This document shows positions 12,441-24,491 of a stretch of DNA of 64,000 nt, piece by piece. The stretch is from Schizochytrium sp. TIO01. Lineage: Eukaryota > Protista > Bigyra: Labyrinthulomycetes. How positions within the stretch are numbered: the first letter of the stretch is position 1; each line of letters begins with the position of its first letter. Below the pieces are notes generated by a model. The model was not told the origin of the DNA and did not search any database. It saw nothing but the letters and a program-made list of their open reading frames with translations. Both the position numbers and the translations under genes were made by a program. Location of the stretch: assembly GCA_004764695.1 (NCBI GenBank), contig SMSO01000025.1:3100001-3164000 (forward strand), in the 5' to 3' direction.

Positions 12441-15400
12441 GTAGGTACGTGCTACTTCTGACTGACTGACTGACCATCGATGGAGACGTTTCGATTTTTA
12501 AGAAGGATGAAGACGAGCGAGTTAAACTCGAAGAACTAAGAACTCCCTCCGTGAAATGACTTTGGATGGACAACCAGTCCGTGCGAGTCGAGTCGAAGAG
12601 GCCGCCTGCGTGAATCAGTCGGACCTGGCCCTTTTCGGGGTTTCGTGCGAGGCCCGCGACAAAACGTGGGTCGCAGATGGCGTATCGTGGTAGCAAGAGC
12701 TGGCGTCCGAGTTCTGTGTGAAGCAAAGGTGTATGTATATATATGTACACTTTCCGCTTGTGCGCCAGCTCAGATATCAGACATTCAGACATTCATTATA
12801 GACAGCCTTGCTCGCCTGAAGTGTTTTTGCAACTCGAGCACCTTCTCAATGCTCGAAGCACTGTCCATCCAAGACGATCGATCGCCAGTCTTCGACAGCT
12901 ACAGCAGCACGACCGCCTCGTTTCACAAACGAACGCAGGCGCCAGAATGCATGCTTACGGTTTGAGAACCCTCCCAGCCAGGTTTCAGGTTTCAGGTTTC
13001 AAGGCATCGATCGGTAGCCTAGTGAAATCGCATGAAGTCGCCTTTTCTCCGAGACTGCGGACGCTCTCGCATTCTCCCCCATATCCTCTCAATCTGTATC
13101 CGCCGGGACGAGCCATTTCGAGGGACTAGTCCTCGTAGAAGAAGGAGAAGAAGGAGAAGGAGAAGTCCAAGCAGCAAACTAATGGAGCCAACACTTAGCG
13201 GGAACTGCCAGCACCGCCTGCCTAAGACCAAGCGCGTCTGTCCCGAGGCGGCTTTGCTTGCTTGCTTTCTTTCTTGCTTAGCTTGCTTAGCTTCTTTCCT
13301 TTGGCAATGATGACCACCTGCGAAAGAGGGTGTTCCTGGCCGATGCAGGCGTCTTCGACCAGGCACTGGGACTGCTGATGTGGTGAGGAGGGAGAGAGAA
13401 AGAGGGCGGTCCGTGCGCAAGCGCGGAGAACCGTCGACGAGGCGGCGGCGGCTGGCGAGGCGAGGCGAGAAGGCGCAGAGAAGAAGAGGGAAACAGGCGC
13501 ACCACAGAAAGAAAAACAGAGAGAGAGAGAGAGAGAGAGGCGAAAACACAGCAGGAACCACGGTATCTGCTACAGCTCCAGCTGATCCCGCGCCAGAGAG
13601 CACGAATCGTGACAACTACACAGCATTAGGGAGGGAGGGAAGGAGGGAGGGACTGCTTGTAGCTAGCCAGCGAGCCAGCCAGCCAGCCAGCCAGCTTCTT
13701 CATTCTCGATAAGTCCAACAGTTTACAGAGTTGGGTAAGCAAGGAAAGCCCAGGCCAAAAGCATTCCTCAGTACCAAAGATGCACTCACCCACCTACTGA
13801 TGTTGAAAGCAGTGGCCGTAGAGCTGTAGAGCGCTGGTTCCACTGACCCGTCTTGGGGTATGTATGTATGTATATATTTAGTCACGTCATCGTGAATGCA
13901 CGAGGTATACATACTAATTATCGCCAGATGGACCTGTAGAGGCCTTTATTATTTTGTTTCTTCTCCTTCCTCCTCTTCTTCTTTTCTGCCTTTGTGGGCT
14001 GCTTTGATGATTCGATTGCAAGAGGCGCTTATTAGTGAAATTGAAGAGGCGCCTACAGGAACACGCTCGCTCACCCGACTCGGTAGCAGCAATTAATTGC
14101 GGAGGCCCATCGCGCCTGCACGTTAACTTGCTAAAAGACTTCACCCTGCTCCACTCTGACTGCGTGATGATGACAGAGTGGTTTTCTTTCTCTATAGCTA
14201 GTCACTTTTGTGGGTTCGTCGCCGCCGTCTCTCTCTCTCTCTTTCTCACCTCCTTCGACACGATCTTTCGTGAACTTTGAGAGCTCGAAGCTCCCTCCTT
14301 ACCCCGCCTTAGTCGCCTTCTACGCCGCCTCTGATGCTGTTGCAATGCTGGTAGAAAGAAATTATAAAAAGAAAAGAAAAGAAGATGCGCCAAGCCATGT
14401 CGCCAAAATCAGTGAGCCGGTGAAAGTTACCTGTGAACCCAAAATGGTCCGCAGCCTCGAGGTTTCCGCTGCGATTCCACGAAGGCAGAACAGGCCTCGG
14501 CCGGCCGAGGCTAGACTGAGACGAGGCTTGGAAGGCGCGGCCGCCGTGAAGGCGAAGACTCGCTCAGCTACAGCTAGCTAGCTAGCTAGCCTGGCGAAGG
14601 TACAATACCAACTCAACAGAATGAATAAATGGACGTTCCCTTTCCCTCTTTTTCTTTGGTTGGTTGACAATCTGTTGGTTTGTAATAACACATGGAACAG
14701 TAGAACACTGTGCTTTCTTTGCTCTCTTACGAACCATGAAAAGAAAGGCGGTCTTTCTATTCTAATTTTGTTTTCGCTTACTTATTATAATAACTTTTCT
14801 GAGCCGTGGCGAGAGCTCTTTCGATTACAAAAAAAAGAAAAAGAAAAAACTGTTGTATAAATAATTTTTATTTTCTACATTTTCTAAAGGGAAGGCATTA
14901 TACATCACAATGAACATAGTGAGGAAATATAACATTTCAAGAAGAAAAGGATGATTTAAAACAAAACGTAAGCAGAAGGAAGAGTAACTTGAAGAGACTG
15001 CCGCCCCAGTCTTACGAATAAAAGGTTGGTTGCTGACTCGTACTCGTGGGAAGTGGCAGTGGATGTCCCGTTTCCCGTGCTTGGAAAAGGCTCTCGCGCG
15101 CTCTAGGTCGGAAACTCGAAGGTTGCATTGGTGAAGGCTCCAGATCCTTCACTCGAATTGATTATGGCCTACTATTAGCGATCGGCAGGTTATCGTTCTC
15201 TCTTCCTCCCCTGCGGATGGAGAAGGATTTCACCATCTAGACACAGAAAGAGAGAGAGAGAGAGAGAGAGGCCAGCGCCAAATTCGTCAGTTTTGCATTG
15301 CAGACCTGCGCTCTTTGGGCTTCTTCTCTTCTCCGCGCTATTCAAGCCTCCGTTCATTGGACCAAAAGTCCTCCCTCCTTGTGTGCAGCGTGCAGCATTT

Positions 15401-18400
15401 CAATTTGTGTCGATTCCAACTTTCATCATTGCGAGTTCGCCCAATCGATAATTTCTCTGCTCTATTGGATCGCGAAGTCAACATCAAACCAGATTGGCAG
15501 CAGCTTTCGAACTGATTGAGCTCGCACGCTCACAGAAAGAACACAGCACAGCGAGTGCCACTGCTGGAAGATGGCCGGCGCGAGCCTCTTCTCTCCTTCA
15601 AGTTTCAATCACTTTCAATTTTGTTTTCTGTTTTGCAGAGTTTAGGTTTCGTTTTGCCAATCCACTCGTACCCTCATCCGCGTTGTTCAGCCTTAAGAAA
15701 GGAACGGGGACAAGACAATAATAACAACAAGTAAACAAAAAAGTTTATTTCGTTTTGTGACTTTAGCTAAACTTGTTTCGAAGTTGTACTCGTAGTATTA
15801 CTTTTATTTTATTTTTCCCAACTTATTTATTCAATTGAGACTAAAACAAATATAGACTTTGCATAGAAAAGACGGCTTCATCTTTAATAATTCATTGATC
15901 TATTTTTTTAGTTTAAACAAATTCGTTTAATAATAGTATACCTACTTTTAATACTTATTCTTGTTTTTATTCTTTTTAAGCTTCTCACTTTTTCTTCTTT
16001 CGCTATCATTATCTCTACTATTATTAGCTTTTAGACTTGAGTAGACGCTAAGAAGCCTGAAACACTCCTACTGATCGAATGCATCGAATATAAAAGAGGC
16101 ACAAGCGTGGAGGCGGTGGTGCTTGTTGACCACCAGACTCTCTTATTTGCAATTGACAATGTTCGGCCGACCTATGCCCCACAGTAAGCGAGATGATGAT
16201 CGAGTTACTTGCCCTAAAACCTTTTTAAAAACGACTTGGAAGCGCATTTTACTGCGAACTACAACACAACACAGCACAGCACTGCTGCTGCTGCTGCGCT
16301 TGCGCTCGTCTTGTATCTGTTGTTGAAAAGTCGAGGGCCCCTTCCTGGTGATGGTCTGATTTAGCTGCTGGTTCACGGGAGCCACGGCGAGGACGGGCAG
16401 AGGCTTCTTTTAGTGAGTGGTACGTACCTAAATAGGCAGTTGATATGCGGCAACATGAAATATCGAAGCATGGATGAAAGAGAAATAGGAAAATAAGGCG
16501 GCTGTTTCTCTGATTTATGCTTGTTGTTTATTTATTCCTTTTACATGCTTGGTGGTGGTGGTGGTGGGGGTGGTGGTGGTTCCAGGTACCGCCTTCGCTA
16601 TATACGAGTAATCCCTCTGATTGTTCCGAAATAGAAATTGATTCACTCATTCATGCATTCATTCAACCATCCATCTTCTGTGTACCTTTTTAAGTGCAGA
16701 TCGTCAAATAAAAAGTGCAACGGCGGATATTTTTAGGTGTCAGATCCGAGTAAAGGTGCAGAAGCTGGGAGAAATGAATGAAAAGCGCAAGCAAGTGAAA
16801 ACCCATACAAAAGCAGCAAGCCTGAAAGCAACCTCAGCAGGACACGCACTTGAGTCCCTTTGAAAACCCAATACGAGAAACTGAGAATGATTGATTTGGC
16901 GATCAGAAATATCAAAGGTCAGGTGTTTGTGAATTCGGAAACTAGGCCTATTACTGTTGCTCAACTTCGTACGAAGGCACGGATTGATTAGCAACCTTCT
17001 CTAATAGTTTCCAGACAGTCAATGCTACCATTCCCATCGCCATTTGCTGCACAGAAAAGACACTGATACCTCAAAGTGCTGAAAAGAACAAGCACCACGA
17101 TGGTCCACTCTTCTCACAAGGATAGATGACTCGCTCACTCACTGGTAGTACTTCAACGGCACAGTGCTGCTCGTGAGAGCGGAGCTAGCTCTAGGAGCAG
17201 AGCCATCCATTCCCCATGCAGTGGTGATCTTATAGTTCGCATTTGACAGCCGCCTTGCTGTAGCGCCAATGCTTCGGAGAAAAGACCTCGAGCAACTCAG
17301 AGAGAGATTAGTGGTGAGTTGATGAATGAATAAATGAATGAATGACGCTTCCGAGCGATCGAAATTTCACCCCAGAGCTTTTTGCGGGTTCCGACAGCGC
17401 GAGCTCTTCTCATTAATAAAAGAACGTTTCGTCATAAAGTGACATAAACAGGCAAATAAAGTAACAGACAGATTATGAGCAATGAAGACTAAACAGTTTT
17501 AAGCGCATCTGTTATAGGTAGTGTGCAAATGCTATACGATGGGGCACGAGGTCTACTGTGCAATGCCGTAATCATATGCATCGAATGGGGAAATTTGTCC
17601 GTCGCAGAGTGTTTGTTTCTCCACTCGAAAATATAGCGCAAGTCCCCAAGAAAGGTACTTGTTTATTCATTTATAAAATTAGATAGGATATGCATCTCGC
17701 TTCCATGCTGAAGAAGGTAAAGAGACCCCATATCGATCAAACTGTGAAAATGAAATGTCTGAACAGAATTTTTTCAATATTTCATTCTCCGGAATCCTCT
17801 CCTTCTTTCGTGCTCATCTCCAGGATTAGTTGTTCAACTTTTTAAAGACAATCACCACCCAGGCAGGTGAAAATTAGTACACCTTATAAAACACATTCTG
17901 CGATTCTCTAGAGCTAAAATGTAATTTATTGAGTGTAACTCTTATTTTATTTTACTGTTGGTGCAATTGCTCAAACATCTCCTCCTCCTCCTCCCTGAAT
18001 CCACAGAAGCAGATGCCTGCCCTGAACGTCGCATGCACAACTTCTGTGCGTTATTTGTTATCCGTATGCCTAATCTACCCCGTGTTTGGGGCTCGGGGAC
18101 CGGAGTTACCTTGGCACCCTCATTCTCCGAATAGCTGTTTATGCACTCGCTCCATGGATGAGTTGTCTTGTCCTTAACGAATACATTTTGCTTCCTTCAA
18201 AAATCTCCATCATGGTGGTTCATTCATACATGCATAGCTAATATATGATTTAATTCTTAATCTCTTTAGGCCTTCACTGGAATGAGTGAGCGTTGCTCCA
18301 TCGCGCCAGGTGGCCTAAGTCCAGTCCACTCGTGCTTTCTCCCAACCCTGAAGCAAGCAAGCCTGCTGCTGCGTGTTGTAAACTAGCCATGTATCTGCTG

Positions 18401-18537
18401 ACTTTCCAAGCCAATTTCATGAGAAGAAGAATGCATACCTATAAGCCGTGGAAGCCAAATGCTTTTTCTAAAAGGAGATGCATGCGTACCTAGCACATCG
18501 GCCGTTCTTTCTTTTTGTAGTTCCCAACTAATCTATG

Positions 18538-18585
18538 GATCTATCTATTGATCTATCTGTTGATCTATCTATCGATCTATCAATC
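18538..18585. repeat. Degenerate 12-bp tandem repeat GATCTATC(T/A)(A/G)T(T/C) x4
   Basis: Units are GATCTATCTATT, GATCTATCTGTT, GATCTATCTATC and GATCTATCAATC. Confidence 0.88.
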
Positions 18586-21500
18586 TCCATCTTCTAGCTC
18601 CTAGTGAACGTAAGGAATCCAGCCTTGCCGCCCACGCACGAAAGGAAGGCAGGCAGCATCAAGCCAGGCGGAGAGACGAGATTCCCGCCCTCCTCCCATG
18701 CCCAGCCAGCTGGTACATGCACCGACAGTGGATGATTAACAACTCCGCCCGCACTGCTCCACTCCTCCCTCCTGCACCACGCCGCCATGCATCGTGCCGA
18801 GCCCTCACTTCTCTTCGAACCCAAGGCACCCAATAAGTAATCAATACCAGAGTACTGTTGAGAATGCAGATGAACAATACTGCGCTCATACACTTAGAGG
18901 CGGTCCTAAGGCACTACGCCAGAAGAGTACACATACATATATACATAATACATACACACCTTCTTACTTTCTTTCTTTCTTTCGATCAAAAAGAACGCCT
19001 CGGGTCGCTGAGAAGGAGAAGGCGTTGGTGCGAACTGCGTCTATTTACCGCCGAGAGAGAAGGCGGAGCTGCTGTTGGTTATAGCGCGTCCGTATCAGCT
19101 GCCTCAGCATTTGCATCAAGCAAGCAACTTCGCTTTCGAGATGACAGTGGAAAGAAAAGGTGTCTCTAGCTCACTAACCCGTGCAGGTAAAAGCAGTCCC
19201 TGCGGAGGGGTAATTCACCCTTTATTCTCTCTCTAGCTCTAGCTAGAGAAAAATAAGTTAAACAGCAAATCAAATGACGTCTCTGGTGACATATATATAT
19301 CCGTACGAAGCAACTCACTCACTCGCTACGGATCAACTTCTCGATCTTAGCAACGATGAATCGACCTTCTGATAATGCAAACCAAGCTCTCGTGATGCAG
19401 GTGGTACCAGGACCTCTGAATGCAAGTTGGAAAGGAGAGATTCTGGGTAGGAGATTGCCAAGCAGACCGAGAGGGCCCTAAGAAAGCCAGGCGCCGAGAA
19501 GGAGACCCACTCGAGTGCTATCGCGTAAGGGCTCGAACTTGCTAACTTGCTTGCTTGCTTGCTGGCTGGCTGGCTGGCTGGCTGGTTGGCTGACTAACGT
19601 GCTTACTTACTCAGTTATTGGAGGTGATGCGTGAGGTGAGTGTTGTTTCACTTTCTTTACAAAGATCGATCCATCGATCATTGAAAATTTAAAATGGTGG
19701 AGCCGCCACTAGTGAGGCGCATAAATGGAAGACTCGGAAGAGGAAGTAGACACGCATGCACTGCGCGCCAGCAGCGGTCAGCGAAGTTATAGGAAGAATG
19801 GTTGATGACATCTGCTTTCATCAAAAGTCTTTTATTTGTTTAATGCTATTTTTAATGCTATTTTTAAAAAGAGAAGTTTTATGGTTTTGTTTTTTTGCTT
19901 TAAATTATATGTTTTCTCTGTTCTGATAAATCGTTCTTTTTGTTTCCAGTTAAAATATTTTATGGCTGTTTTATTTTAATTTAAAATAAGATGAACATAT
20001 TATTGTTTTATTTTTAATTCCATTTTTAATTTAAATATATAGCTAAGTAAACGGGAAAATATTCGATAAGGAATAGAGCCTTTCCGATTTCTTTCATTTC
20101 GAACGAAAAGGTTCTTTAAACTTTATGCTTCTAGCTTTTTAATTGAAGATCATTTAAACCCCTTTTTTTTCTTTTCTTTTCTTTTTAATGAAAGAGGCCA
20201 CCTCCCTTTGTGGTCTTTAACTTTGAAAGCTTTTTGCACATACATATTTATTTACCTACGCTGAGCTGAGCTGACAGCAAGCAAGCTATCCGCTGATTTC
20301 GAACTTGACAGGACCATGGCCCGCACCAATGTTTGTACGCCACTAAGTATTGGCATACGTCGTAGGTCACCATCATTACATCGGCTGCCAGCTTGAACCT
20401 TTATTTATTAATTAGTCTCATTGTCACATTGCACCATTCTAATTCTTTTTAATTAAAATTTCTTTATATTTATTTTTTGGAACAGAACATCGCCTAGGTC
20501 AATTAGAAAATAGAGAAGACGAAAGACCGTTCAAATGGGGGTTTTGCCTTTCGAAGCTACGCGACAACCTCAAACCTCTGCAAGACCTGGAGAAGAAGAA
20601 ACTACACCTAACCCTGAGGTGTCTTACCTAAAAGACAAAAAATACTTCTTTCCATAAGTATCCCTCAATTCATACCACTCTTGCAGACTCTGGATCCAAG
20701 GGAATGAATGCGATGCCTGCGTTTGATTCATTTTTCTTGCTTTTTTTAATTTGTTTTTGCCTTTCTTTTCACGAGCGCCACCTGAGAAGCACAAAGCAAT
20801 AACCAAAGAGTGCACTAGGTACTAAATTGAAGTGGAAGCAAAGATTGGCGGGCGAAACCACTCCCGGCTCGCTCAGTTCGGCAGCTTGCTGCTTGCTCGC
20901 GGTCGTTTGCTTACTTTTCCATACACATCGGCAGGAGTAGATTGGCGCCTACAGATGGAGCGGAGGGCTCCAGAGAATCCGCGGCTTTGCTGACCGTTCC
21001 CTCGTCGTTCGGAGCGTGAACGTCAGCGATTTTCTTTTTTATGTATATGTACGTATGTATGTATATGCATATGTATAGTGGAGCAAAGAAAAGAAAAGAA
21101 AAGGACATTAGGGGGAACCATACTTTTGGTTTAAAGAGAGGGTATTTTATAGATAAAACCTCTTTTTGCTTCGTGTTTCATTCAGCTTTCACTTAGCTAC
21201 GGCTTAGAACTAGGTAGTACAGAGGGAGAGAGCCTCTTCTTTTCTGTCATTTTATCTCCTTTTTTTTTTTAAGTTTGGCTGCTTTCGTAAACAAAAAAAG
21301 TCCTCAGTTTCTGCTACAAAGTTAGTTTTCGGACTGTGAGGGTCAGAATACTGGGCAGCTGGCGTTCTTCTTTGCGTTCATTCTTCGCTCTCTTTCTTTC
21401 AAAGCCTGTTCTGGTGGTGGACTAGCTGGTTAGGTAGGCAGGCACCTACTTGGAAGTTCTTCGCTTGCCCGGGTTTTCGGAATGATGACGATCTTCTCTC

Positions 21501-24045
21501 GTTTCAGAAAAAGGAAGTTAGTTCACCCACACAAGTTATCATCTGTTTCTCATTTCTCCGTTCTGTTTCTCAAAGAAGCTCATTGAAATAAATGCTGTTT
21601 CTACAGACACAGATAGACAGACTCCTTTATAATTCTTCTCCATCTCTCTCTCCTCGCTGCACGCCTGCCAGCCAGACCGCACTCGGTTGCACTTTTGCTG
21701 GAGTCGAACGCAGGCGCTTCGATCAATCATCCTGGAGAAGTGCACAAGTGTATTTAATAATATCCGCCGCGGCGGTTGAGAGATGGGCCTCCACCGATTA
21801 GGGGAAATCTAACAGAGCAAATACATACTTTGCTTTTACAACAATACAATATTTCTTCACTAAGTAAAGTTGCTATTTTTAAAGATAATCATCATCATAC
21901 ATAAAAATCATTGAATACACTGTCTGCCTGTGCACTATTGGTAGGAGTAACAGGCACCTAGGAAAGAGAAGCAGTCAGAATGCTTTTTATGAAATGTCTT
22001 TCTTTTCTTTTCTTTTCTTTTCTTTTATATTAACGTGGGCTTCCTCTCTTCAACGGGAAACATAGTAAAGATAGATCCCCCTCGGTTGTTGTCTGCTTAG
22101 TCGCTTGCTTCGAAGACCTGTGCGCGAACGTTCTCTGGCCTTTAGAGAGGGGTATCAGGTTGGTTTACTGGAAGCAGCCTTGCTTATTCGCGATGGATGA
22201 AGAGCAAACAATATGGTCGAACTCGAGCTCGTTTGTTTCCAAGTTTCTCCGGCTATTGCTCTTCAAGCGAGCGTTTTTAACTGCTGCTGCTTCGAAGAAA
22301 ACAAAGTTGCAAATGATCAAAGTAGTGCAGGGAGGAATGATTTGCCCTTTGTGACACACAACCAATGTTGAGCGTGGCCTACTACTTAAGGGCCGATGGC
22401 TTCTTACGAAATAGCCAGCAAGATGCGAGGCCTTTTCCCTGCTGCTCAGAACAGCCAGCTGTCTCTTTGGAAATGAATGAAGTTTGATCAAACAGCAGCA
22501 GTCGGTTGACCAGAAGAGGTGCCTCTCCATCAAAGTTGCGCAGGCAGAGACCAGTTAAATAAAGAACTTCATGTTATTCTTTTAGCGAGTACCTATTTAT
22601 TAGCTAGGTAGTGGTATTTCTTTAAACTAGCTAGCTAGCTTGCTAGGTAAAGTTTGCTTGCAAGAGCAATCTACTCCACTGGTATACATACGTGTGCGCC
22701 TATTACTTGAAATACTGCCCGTTCTTGGTCTGTCAAACCTGCATTTGGAGACTAAGAATGCTACAAAACCTGAATTGGAGCTACGTAGCGCGTGCTCTAT
22801 GCGGAACCGAACCTTTCCGTGACTTGCCATTGTCGTAAGATGTGAGCATAGAGAAGAGATTGCCTCATTCCAGCGATCCGCGTTCTTATTCATCATTTAA
22901 TGCTCAGCTCCGAAAGTACCACTTATTTAAAATAATAATAATAAATCTTTTCTTTTCTTTTTTTAATTTGCTCTAAACGTGATAGTTTTTGCAAAGCTTT
23001 GCTTCTACTATTCCTGAAATCATCGCAGTATGCGATAGTCCTGAAGAGAACGAAGATATGGCAGCCATTTAGCACCACGATCGCGCTGCGTTGCTGCTCG
23101 TGATCGGCGCGCAACTAATTCACCTCGTCTTGCAGCAGGCTTTTTCTCTTTCGCTCCAAAGTCGTTTACGCGCTCATTGGTCCTTATCGTCTCTTCTTAC
23201 CTTGGACTGGCTGTACGTACGTGAAGATCGCCAGCAGGCAGCTCATTGGACCAAAAAGAAAAAAGAAAAGAAAGAAAAGAAAGAAAGGAACAGAACGCAG
23301 ACAGAGAGGCGGCTCTGGCCTTGCTTGCTTGCTTGCTTGCATTCTTTAGGTCGCACTACTCATGCGCTCACGCCTTTGATTTGCTCATAGACAAAGACAT
23401 AACAATCGAGACGAGCTGCTAGCTGCTGCCTAGGTGCTAACTATATACAGGATTTTGTTAATTCGAAAACCTAAAGTCCTCCAGAGGGAAGGAAGCAAAG
23501 GATGGAAAGCAGCAACGCGGCGAGAAATAATACTCCGCGAAGAAGCAGTCAACCGGCATACATACATACATACATAAATATATACAAACATACATTCATA
23601 AGCATACCTGCATACGCTCATGCTGCATACCTGGAGGCCTCAGTACCTCGAGAGTTGGAAGTGGCCTCGACAGCCCTCGTGCCAGGCGTGCCAGGCACTA
23701 CATTCCTCCATCTGCTGCTGCAGGAAGTGACGTCGCGGGACCATCTCCGCCCAGCTAGCTAGCTAGGCAGAAGAACCCAATGAATGATCAATCAATCAAT
23801 GACCCTTGCTTCTTCTTATTATTATTAATATTATTATTATTATCATTATTATGACACATCCATCCATCATCTTCTGCAGGCCATTTCTGGAAAAGGACTG
23901 GGGCTCTTTCTGCTCCTCCTCTGCTCAGAAAGCAAACGGGAAGAGACCAACAACGAGGCAGCAGAAAGAAAGAAGTGATGCCAAGTGCCTTTGCACGCTT
24001 TGCGGCACGAAATCATTTGTACCAGGTGCCGAAGTCAATCGACAG

Positions 24046-24048
<3 letters not shown>

Positions 24049-24112
<64 letters not shown>
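24049..24112. repeat. (AATC)16 microsatellite (left arm of inverted pair)
   Basis: Read directly. Confidence 0.97.
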
Positions 24113-24438
24113 CACTAACTTACGCATCATCCATGCAGCCATGGCGGAGGGAGGGAGGGAGCCTGAGGTGCTGCGCGCCGGCTGGCCAAGCTGGGGAAGC
24201 AGATGGTCACTGCCAGGCTCGCTGGCGGAAGCAGAGACCGCGTTTGGAGATCTTGGAGGACGATTGTAATTAACAATCACCAGGGAATCAGATGCGTATT
24301 CACTCTCGTTCCCTGGTGGTCCCGAGGAGAGAAGTGCTCTGGCATCGAGGATCATCCCGATCGCGGAGGAAGCGCTAGCTAGCTGTAGCTGCTGCTGCTA
24401 CCTATTGCATCTACCGGATTAGACAAATGTCCGGAAAC

Positions 24439-24440
<2 letters not shown>

Positions 24441-24488
<48 letters not shown>
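24441..24488. repeat. (GATT)12 microsatellite (right arm of inverted pair)
   Basis: Read directly; it is the reverse complement of the AATC tract ~330 bp upstream. Confidence 0.97.

Positions 24489-24491
<3 letters not shown>

Noticed and set aside
15100-15130. SRP RNA helix 8 (AGGTCGGAAAC)
   Set aside because: Lacks the downstream AGCAG strand and any surrounding SRP helices.
19510-19590. tRNA-like T-loop GTTCGAG on the minus strand; similar words near 26256, 28015, 39528 and 59240
   Set aside because: No 5-bp T stem, acceptor stem or D arm can be built at any of these sites.
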